Shown here in pieces: positions 1 through 6,431 of a DNA stretch of 9,236 nucleotides. A program made the translations under genes and the position numbers. Origin of the DNA: Candidatus Baldrarchaeum yapensis (GTDB lineage: Archaea > Asgardarchaeota > Baldrarchaeia > Baldrarchaeales > Baldrarchaeaceae); NCBI GenBank assembly GCA_016840465.1, contig JAEOSH010000072.1, positions 1 through 9,236 on the forward strand, given 5' to 3'. Below the pieces are notes generated by a model. The model was not told the DNA's origin. It searched no databases and saw only the letters and a program-made list of their open reading frames with translations. Every line of letters begins with the position of its first letter. Positions within the stretch are counted from its first letter, which is position 1.

Positions 1-527
1 GTAATATGCTGTGTACCGGCTGAGATAGTTCCAGGACTCATCGACGAATGTAGGGAGAGAGGGGTTAAGCTCCTGCATCTCTACACAGCTAGAATGAGGG
101 AAACAGGTAGGGATAATAAGGCTAGGCTGGAGCATGAGGTGGTGGAAAGGGCCAGAAGGAAGGGCATCAGGGTGTTGGGGCCCAACTGCATGTGAATTTA
201 TAACCCATCCGCCGGCATTTCATTCAATTACGGCTTTCCCCGGGAAACGGGGACTGTCGATGGCATATTTCAGAGTGGAGGCCTAGCCACCGAGTCTATC
301 AGGCTATGTTCCGTTAGGGGGTCTCAGGTTCAGCATGGTCGTAAGCTACGGAAATGCCGCCGACATAGGCGGGTCAGACCTCCTGCTCTACATGTCAGAG
401 GATCCTAGGACAAGGATTATCGCCATGTACATTGAGGGGGTTAGGACGGCAGGAGGTTTAGGGACGCCTAAAGTATGCGGCTTCGAGAAAGCCCGTAGTC
501 GTCCTTAAGGGAGGTAAGGGGTTGTCC
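1..527 (+). pseudogene. Disrupted NDP-forming acyl-CoA synthetase alpha-type / CoA-binding protein (begins before the window, truncated at the 3' end)
   Basis: Frame 1 reads VICCVPAEIVPGLIDECRERGVK...GIRVLGPNCM*IYNP...IFQSGGLA, with TGA at 193-195 where the GPNCMG motif needs Gly. After a +1 shift in the G run at 317-321 it reads RGLRFSMVVSYGNAADI...EDPRTRIIAMYIEGVR. After a -1 shift at ~444 it reads DGRRFRDA, and after a -1 shift at ~467 LKYAASRKPVVVLKGGKGLSG. These are characteristic ACD/SucD-fold motifs. The expected SHT(G/A) phospho-His segment is absent. Confidence 0.85.
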
Positions 528-1247
528 GGAATAGGACGCGTGACGGCGATCAGATTCGCCGAGGCGGGTGCCGACCTCTACTTGGTGGACATAAATTTGG
601 AAGGCCTTAAAGCCGTGGAGGGAGAACTCCAAAAGTTCGGCGTCAACGTGAAAACGTTTAAAGCAGATCTGTCCAAGAAGGAAGAAATAGATGCGCTCTG
701 GGAAAACATGGAGGACAGGCTGCCAGATATACTCGTCAACAATGCGGCAATATACCCCTTCAAGGAATTCCTTGACGTGGACCGGGCATTTTTGGAAAAG
801 ATAATGAACATCAACCTGCAGTCCGTCTTCTGGATGTGCCAGCACCTGATAAGAAGATGTATAGCCTCGGGAAGGAAGTGCGTCATCATAAACGTAGGAT
901 CAATAGAGGCGGTCATGCCCTTCGCCGAAAACCTAGTGCACTACTCAATCACAAAGGCGGGTGTTATTGCACTCACGAGGTCGCTCGCGCGGGAATTCGG
1001 TAAATACGGTATCAGAGTCAACGCCGTAATTCCTGGCGGAATTGTAACCCCTGGCGTGCAAAAAGTCGCCAAAGAATTGGGCGAAAAGGCGTTAACGGCG
1101 GGACAGGAATACCTGAAAAGAGTGCCGCTGAGAAGAATGGGAGATCCGGACGAGGTCGCGCGCGTAATCCTATTCCTCGCAAGTGATATGTCAAGCTACA
1201 TAACCGGCGCCGCCGTACCGGTCGACGGAGGCTTCCTTTCGGCTTAA
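522..1247 (+). CDS. Classical short-chain dehydrogenase/reductase (FabG-like), missing its own N-terminal beta-1 strand and probably a pseudogene or fusion remnant
   Basis: Motifs are SGIGR (half of TGxxxGxG), LVDIN (acidic residue, NAD-type), LVNNAA, NVGSIEA (catalytic Ser), YSITK (YxxxK, 942-956), PGGIVTPG and VDGGFLS. The TTG at 522 falls inside the glycine-rich motif, so it is unlikely to be a real start. Upstream in-frame codons (462-521) encode ACD sequence. Confidence 0.85.
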   Translation: MSGIGRVTAIRFAEAGADLYLVDINLEGLKAVEGELQKFGVNVKTFKADLSKKEEIDALWENMEDRLPDILVNNAAIYPFKEFLDVDRAFLEKIMNINLQSVFWMCQHLIRRCIASGRKCVIINVGSIEAVMPFAENLVHYSITKAGVIALTRSLAREFGKYGIRVNAVIPGGIVTPGVQKVAKELGEKALTAGQEYLKRVPLRRMGDPDEVARVILFLASDMSSYITGAAVPVDGGFLSA

Positions 1248-1269
1248 CACACCTCAAGTCGTATCATCA

Positions 1270-1285
1270 CTTTTTCTCAACTTTC
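1270..1285 (+). terminator. Possible archaeal T-rich terminator after the SDR
   Basis: CTTTTTCTCAACTTTC pyrimidine tract ~22 nt after the stop codon. Confidence 0.35.
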
Positions 1286-1341
1286 ACAAACCTGCACTCT
1301 GCAATTCGGACATCAAAACGGAAACACGGACGTATGATCCA

Positions 1342-1351
1342 TTTTTATATG
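1342..1351 (+). promoter_or_regulatory. Putative TATA box for the regulator gene
   Basis: TTTTTATATG, 27 nt before GTG 1378 and 45 nt before ATG 1396. Confidence 0.5.
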
Positions 1352-1395
1352 TGAAATCCCCGTATTACGAGTAGAAGGTGGAAGAAGGGCGAAAA

Positions 1396-2967
1396 ATGGG
1401 CAGCAGCGATATCTTTAAACTCGTAGAGGAAGTTTCGAGATTTCTGGAGATAGAAATCCCGCCATCGAAGATCAGAATTGAGGAAATCCCGGAGAATGGC
1501 GACTTTCTCGCAACACTGGAGCACATCTTCAGAAAATATGTACTGCCGCCGATACTTCCGGAACCCGTCGAGCGGGAGATCGTATACTTCTTTCTGTACA
1601 AATTTCTCGAATGGCGTGGCGACAAGGACCTCTCTAGGAGAATAATCGGCGAGTGGAAGTCCAGCATACAGGAGCTCTACGGGAAACTCGATAGACCCCT
1701 CGAAGAATTCGGCGAACACAAGGTCATCATGACGGTGAACGGACACGTCTACATCCCCTTCATGGACTTCATGTTCTACGACAGGGTCCTAGAAGGCCGC
1801 TACCTTCACATCCTACTGCAAGAGATCAGAAACATGCGCGGCCTTGTGAGCAGAAGAATTTCAATAGACGACTTCGGCGACCTCAACATAAGCATCCTCA
1901 GTGATCACCCATACGTGTTCGACCACCGCGACATAAAAATACTCGAATGCCTCGCGCAAAACCCCGAACTCAGCGACACCAAACTCGCAAGGATGCTCGG
2001 CGTCAGCCTGAGCACCGTCAACCGTCGCCTCAAAGAAATGGAGAGAAACCTCGTATACAAAACCGCGGGATTCATAAACTTCGAGAAGCTGGGGCTCCGG
2101 CAAATACTGGTCTTCGTACCGCACCAGGTACACACATTCCCCGAGTCACCCCTCTCCTACTATCTCAGGACGGTGCATAGGATCTTTGGAGAGAACGAAG
2201 GCGCGCTAATAAGCCTGATCGTCCCAAAGGACCACATGCTCGATGCGGTCATGCTCCTGAGGAGAGAGTACGGGAACATAGACGCATACCTCGTCACCGA
2301 GGTTGGCTACTCAATATCCTTCCGCTTCTACGACGTGGACTCGAGAAAATGGAATATAAACTTCCGCGCCCTCTCCCTCTTCATCAGAGGGCTCATCGAA
2401 GAGCCCACCTACGCGGATATCATACGCCCTCCCACCTACCGCATCCTCAAGGGCAACTCCTCGGAACCCCAGATGCGCCTGACCCGCACGGACCTCCGCA
2501 TCCTCCAAATATTCTCAGAAAACTTCAACACCCCCCTCAGACATATAGCGAAGATGTTAGGTACGTACCACCAGTACATTATGCGGCGAAAGGAGGAGTT
2601 CCTCAAAAACAGAATTATAACCCCGTACATATCTCTCCTGCCCGCAAGAGCGGGAATACCGGAGGTCGCGATAATCGTGGTCGACGATCACAGCGAGGAA
2701 ACGATAAAAGCCCTCGAAACGGGACTGATGGAACTACCGAAGGTTTGGATATACAAGGTGAAAAGCCTGACCCGCCTCCCTACCGACCTCCAGAGAATAT
2801 TCTGGCTGGAACTCCCAAAGGGCTCTATGATAGAAATGAGCAAGTACCTATGTCGCGTCCTCGATAGATACATAGAGTACAGAATATACTTCAAAGTCGG
2901 TTACACGGGATCTCGCCTCCTGCTCGCCGATGCGTGGAACGAAGAAAGCCAGAGCTGGATCTGGTAG
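1396..2967 (+). CDS. Large transcriptional regulator with two tandem Lrp/AsnC-type winged-HTH units and an unknown N-terminal region (alternative start GTG 1378)
   Basis: HTH1 is DHRDIKILECLAQNPELSDTKLARMLGVSLSTVNRRLKEME...INFEKLGL (~1921-2100). HTH2 is LTRTDLRILQIFSENFNTPLRHIAKMLGTYHQYIMRRKEEF...PARAGI (~2479-2658). Each is followed by an alpha/beta-patterned segment. Confidence 0.75.
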   Translation: MGSSDIFKLVEEVSRFLEIEIPPSKIRIEEIPENGDFLATLEHIFRKYVLPPILPEPVEREIVYFFLYKFLEWRGDKDLSRRIIGEWKSSIQELYGKLDRPLEEFGEHKVIMTVNGHVYIPFMDFMFYDRVLEGRYLHILLQEIRNMRGLVSRRISIDDFGDLNISILSDHPYVFDHRDIKILECLAQNPELSDTKLARMLGVSLSTVNRRLKEMERNLVYKTAGFINFEKLGLRQILVFVPHQVHTFPESPLSYYLRTVHRIFGENEGALISLIVPKDHMLDAVMLLRREYGNIDAYLVTEVGYSISFRFYDVDSRKWNINFRALSLFIRGLIEEPTYADIIRPPTYRILKGNSSEPQMRLTRTDLRILQIFSENFNTPLRHIAKMLGTYHQYIMRRKEEFLKNRIITPYISLLPARAGIPEVAIIVVDDHSEETIKALETGLMELPKVWIYKVKSLTRLPTDLQRIFWLELPKGSMIEMSKYLCRVLDRYIEYRIYFKVGYTGSRLLLADAWNEESQSWIW

Positions 2968-3173
2968 CTGTACCAATCTCCCATCATTGGGCAAAAATTT
3001 GAAAATTTGGCACAACCGCTCCCCCAAACCCACCTACCAAACCCCACGAAAACGCAAGTGCGGAAAAGGATACCCAAATCACGAAGCCCAACGTGAAAAA
3101 TATCAATTTCTCCGGTAGAAAATTTTGCTATCGCCAAACCGCCGCCTCAACCTTTCATGAGAGACAACCGCCT

Positions 3174-3188
3174 GAAAAGATATATAAG
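3174..3188 (+). promoter_or_regulatory. BRE + TATA promoter for the membrane-protein operon
   Basis: GAAAAGA-TATATAAG, ending 33 nt before ATG 3222. Confidence 0.7.
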
Positions 3189-3221
3189 GTGTGAGAGGGC
3201 GCTATGCCCTGAGGGACGCGT

Positions 3222-3428
3222 ATGGACTCCTTATCGATACTCAGGGGAATATCTGAAAAATTGGCATCCATACTGAAGGAGTTGCTCATAATAGCAAATT
3301 TAGTCGGCATCATAACTATCCTCGTAGGCGCAATATTCTGGTTCACCGGCTTGGAAATACGGTGGGGAAAGAGGATGTTCATCGGCGGGATCGCCTTGGT
3401 GATGCTCGTAGGATACCTCGCATCGTGA
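3222..3428 (+). CDS. Small 2-TM membrane protein (68 aa), possibly VirB2/TrbC/CedA1-like pilin
   Basis: Amphipathic N-terminal helix, hydrophobic helix LLIIANLVGIITILVGAIFWFTG, basic loop EIRWGKR, then a second hydrophobic helix MFIGGIALVMLVGYLAS. It lies directly behind a clear promoter. The CDS is well supported; the pilin call is inference. Confidence 0.7.
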   Translation: MDSLSILRGISEKLASILKELLIIANLVGIITILVGAIFWFTGLEIRWGKRMFIGGIALVMLVGYLAS

Positions 3429-3437
3429 GGTGATGCT

Positions 3438-4769
3438 ATGGAGGCAGACCCATACCGCGCTCTGGTCTCCGTCCTCGACGAGCTGGGCTTCCGCAGAAAG
3501 ATACTCCCCAGCAAGAACATGATACTCGCGCATAGGGCCGACGAGAACGGCACATGCATAGTTCTCATATCGGATAAACGAGACCTCCACAAAAAGGAAA
3601 TTAAGAGAACAGTAATGGAAGCCCTGCAAAGCGGCATATTCGGAAACAGAGAAATGCCACCGCCCCAAAGATCGCAATCCTTCCAAATATCGCTTCCAAT
3701 ACAGGTTCTAACCCTTAACCTCTCCCGCCTCGCTTCGGATCAAAGCATCACGTCAAAAGTGAGGAAAGCATTCCAACAAGCCGATGCTCCAACACCCACC
3801 CTTGAGAAAGCGCTCGGAAGGAGCCACGACCTCATAACCATAGCAACCCTATGCTGTGCCATCATCCTCGCAGTGGTGAAAAACGCAGTCCCCCTCCCAT
3901 TGCAGGTGCTGATACCCATTGCCATAACCCTCTACGCACCGCTGGCAGTCTACATGCTACATAGCTTCAACTCGAAGATCGAGGAAGTGCTTGATAGGAT
4001 AATTGTAGTCCAAGATGTAAATGAGATTCCACTCGACGAGGAGCGTACATCATATGGTTCCCTCACCGCAGTTCGGCTGGCAATCCCAGAAGGAAATCCT
4101 CTCATCGCGCGTCTCATATGTCACGCGGCGAAACTTTTCATAGGTGGACACGCCATCGCGGCAGTCGAGAGGGCAAAGGCCGCCATAAGAATCGCAATGG
4201 AAAATGCCGGAGGTAAGGGTCAGAGAATTTTGGAACTCGCAAACGAATTACTACTGTTTGAACCAAAAATGCCGCCTTACATCAGAGAATGTCAGGAGTT
4301 CCTATTGAGGGCGATCTCGTTACTAAAAGCATTAAACGTAATAGATCAGAAGACGGCAGAAATTCCGCTAACGATGCTCTCCCTGACCGGAGTCGACAAC
4401 GGTAGCGGCATAAACAATGTGGAAAGCCCAATCGACCTCATTAACGACGCCGAGAGACTGGCAAGAGAGGGAAACACGGAAAAAGCAACCGATCTTTTGA
4501 AAAGAGCAATAGAGCGTAGAATATCGGAAATCGCAAGCATATCCCCGGAAAAGATACATGACCTCCTAGGCAGAACGAAAAACACCGAACTTCACCCGAT
4601 AAAGGTACTTTCAACCGTATACGAAGCATGTGCAAACGGCCTCAACGAGAAGTACTTGATCCCAGTGATAGACGCAACGAGACAGGCCCTTCTCGAGCTT
4701 GAAAGAATCCCCGAGGACGAAATACGAAAGGTTCTCATGACAAATCGGGAGACGGGAGCGTCCTCATGA
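3438..4769 (+). CDS. Hypothetical membrane-anchored protein (443 aa): soluble N-domain, 2 TM helices, helical C-domain
   Basis: Long ORF with a GAGGTGA RBS at 3427-3433. Two hydrophobic segments at ~3831-3959. No family recognised. Confidence 0.8.
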   Translation: MEADPYRALVSVLDELGFRRKILPSKNMILAHRADENGTCIVLISDKRDLHKKEIKRTVMEALQSGIFGNREMPPPQRSQSFQISLPIQVLTLNLSRLASDQSITSKVRKAFQQADAPTPTLEKALGRSHDLITIATLCCAIILAVVKNAVPLPLQVLIPIAITLYAPLAVYMLHSFNSKIEEVLDRIIVVQDVNEIPLDEERTSYGSLTAVRLAIPEGNPLIARLICHAAKLFIGGHAIAAVERAKAAIRIAMENAGGKGQRILELANELLLFEPKMPPYIRECQEFLLRAISLLKALNVIDQKTAEIPLTMLSLTGVDNGSGINNVESPIDLINDAERLAREGNTEKATDLLKRAIERRISEIASISPEKIHDLLGRTKNTELHPIKVLSTVYEACANGLNEKYLIPVIDATRQALLELERIPEDEIRKVLMTNRETGASS

Positions 4770-5242
4770 CACCGCTCGCTCATAGCCTGATATCGGCAAT
4801 ATACATGGCCACGCTCATAACGCCATTTGCACTGGCGGCACAACTCGTCATAAGGGTCAGATCGAGAAGATGGCGCCAATTCAGGAGTTTCCTTCTGGTG
4901 TTATCCGCGCCAGCCTTATGGCTCAACGCGAAAATCCGCCGTTACGTCGAGAGAGCGGAGCCATCCGGGATTGTCAAGAATGTTGCGCTCGCATTCTTAC
5001 CCTTCATGATAATGTTCTCAATAGCAACGGCAATCCTCGCATTTTATGAAGTGCTTGGATTTTTGACGGTAATATTGGCGTTTCCATTCCTCATGTGGGC
5101 CCTCCCGAGCACCCCACCCCTCCGGAGGGCCCTCGAGTCCATGAGGGCATCAAGAGATGGACCTCTCACACTTGCCCTCGGAATCGCAACATTAATATTG
5201 GTGATAGCCGCAGTTTTGCGGGTGCTGGCCCTAATATCATAA
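4766..5242 (+). CDS. Hypothetical polytopic membrane protein (158 aa, ~4 TM)
   Basis: ATGA start/stop overlap with the upstream gene at 4766-4769. Hydrophobic helices are separated by Arg-rich loops (RVRSRRWRQFR, RRALESMRASR). Confidence 0.75.
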   Translation: MTPLAHSLISAIYMATLITPFALAAQLVIRVRSRRWRQFRSFLLVLSAPALWLNAKIRRYVERAEPSGIVKNVALAFLPFMIMFSIATAILAFYEVLGFLTVILAFPFLMWALPSTPPLRRALESMRASRDGPLTLALGIATLILVIAAVLRVLALIS

Positions 5243-5325
5243 ATCCTGGGCAATTTTCCTCGTCGATCACCGATGGCATGCTTAATTGCCGAATGGGGAA
5301 TATGGGTCGACCTTCGGGTGCCATC

Positions 5326-5348
5326 AATAATTACCGATAGTAATTATT
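5326..5348. promoter_or_regulatory. Perfect inverted repeat, candidate operator for the hom-ask-asd operon
   Basis: AATAATTAC-CGATA-GTAATTATT (9-bp arms, 5-nt spacer), 18 nt upstream of the BRE/TATA. Confidence 0.6.
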
Positions 5349-5366
5349 CACGCAGACAAAGATATC

Positions 5367-5381
5367 GAAAAGAATATATCA
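5367..5381 (+). promoter_or_regulatory. BRE + TATA-like promoter for hom-ask-asd
   Basis: GAAAAGAATATATCA, ~48 nt before ATG 5429. It resembles the element at 3174. Confidence 0.5.
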
Positions 5382-5428
5382 CGAACCCCGTGCAAGATTA
5401 CCCACGATCATCAGGACGTGATGGAAAA

Positions 5429-6427
5429 ATGATCCAGAGGAAACTTGTGGTATCCGGATTCGGAACAGTGGGAAGGGCATTTGTCAGGTTAGTCTTGGAA
5501 AGGAACCTCCTCAGCAGGCTGAGTATTGTCGCAATCGTGGACTCGAGGGGGGCCGCCATCAAAAAGAATGGATTCTCGGCGTCCGAACTGTTAAATGCCC
5601 TGTCCATGCCGCGCAGCCACGTCTCGAAACTGCAAAAATGGGGAGTCCCATCCATCGACACCAGGGGAGTGCTTGAAGAGGTGGACGCCAACGTCCTTGT
5701 GGAGCTGACTCCCAGCAATTACACCGACGGGGAACCGGGTCTCTCAAATGTAAGGGTGGCAATGGACAGAGGAATGGACATAGTTCTCGCAAACAAGTCG
5801 CCACTTGCACTGGAGGGCCTAGAACTCATGAGAAGGGCGGAGAGGAAGGGGATCAGAATACTTTACAGGGCGACTGTCATGGGCGGAACCCCCCTCATCC
5901 CCCTAATCTCGTCGATAAAGAACAGCATAAGGTCGATACACGGAATCCTCAATGCAACAACGAATTACATACTCACGCGCATGTGCGAAGATAAGATCCC
6001 GTTCAGCGAGGCGCTGAGAAGAGCACAGGAGGAGGGAATCGCAGAGGCGGATCCCACTCTCGACATCGACGGGTATGACCCCGCCGCAAAACTTGCAATC
6101 CTAGCATGCACCCTCGGCTACGACCTCCGAATTCACGACATCGAGAGGGAAAGTCTAAGATCCCTAGACTTAGAAGAAGTACTGCGGTCGCTTCAGGAAA
6201 GTAGCGTACCAAAATACGTTGCAAGGCTCGAAATATCCGATTCCAAACCGCGCGCTTCCGTTAGGGTCGAGTATATTGGACCCACCGACCCGTTAATCGC
6301 AATCAGGGGGATGTATAACGGCGTCCATATCAGAACCCTCGAAAACGAAATTTTCCTGATGGGAATGGGCGCAGGCGGTCGTGTAACTGCCGAGGCGGTC
6401 CTCGAGGACGTTCTATCGCTGGGGTGA
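5429..6427 (+). CDS. hom: Homoserine dehydrogenase (332 aa, no ACT domain)
   Basis: Motifs GFGTVG, VLVELTP, ANKSPLA, ATVMGGTPLI, GILNATTNYIL, AEADPTLDIDGYDPAAKLAIL and GAGGRVTA. The start is placed at ATG 5429 (MIQRKLVVSG) because the 5273-5428 extension covers the promoter and looks non-coding. Confidence 0.95.
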   Translation: MIQRKLVVSGFGTVGRAFVRLVLERNLLSRLSIVAIVDSRGAAIKKNGFSASELLNALSMPRSHVSKLQKWGVPSIDTRGVLEEVDANVLVELTPSNYTDGEPGLSNVRVAMDRGMDIVLANKSPLALEGLELMRRAERKGIRILYRATVMGGTPLIPLISSIKNSIRSIHGILNATTNYILTRMCEDKIPFSEALRRAQEEGIAEADPTLDIDGYDPAAKLAILACTLGYDLRIHDIERESLRSLDLEEVLRSLQESSVPKYVARLEISDSKPRASVRVEYIGPTDPLIAIRGMYNGVHIRTLENEIFLMGMGAGGRVTAEAVLEDVLSLG

Positions 6428-6431
6428 GAGA

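Noticed and set aside
1264-1270. Box C-like GTGATGA on the minus strand (also at ~8626-8632)
   Set aside because: No CTGA box D at a suitable distance, so a C/D sRNA is unsupported.
2349-2867. 172-aa alternative-frame ORF inside the regulator, and other nested ORFs in the track
   Set aside because: Off-frame products of codon bias (Pro/Arg/His-rich) overlapping well-supported genes.
5262-5322. Minus-strand resemblance to 5S rRNA (CACCCG...CGGCAATTAAGC)
   Set aside because: The spacing between the motifs is wrong and the remaining 5S helices cannot be formed.
5273-5428. 52-aa N-terminal extension of hom in the ORF track
   Set aside because: It covers the palindrome and BRE/TATA and does not resemble protein; hom homology starts at ATG 5429.
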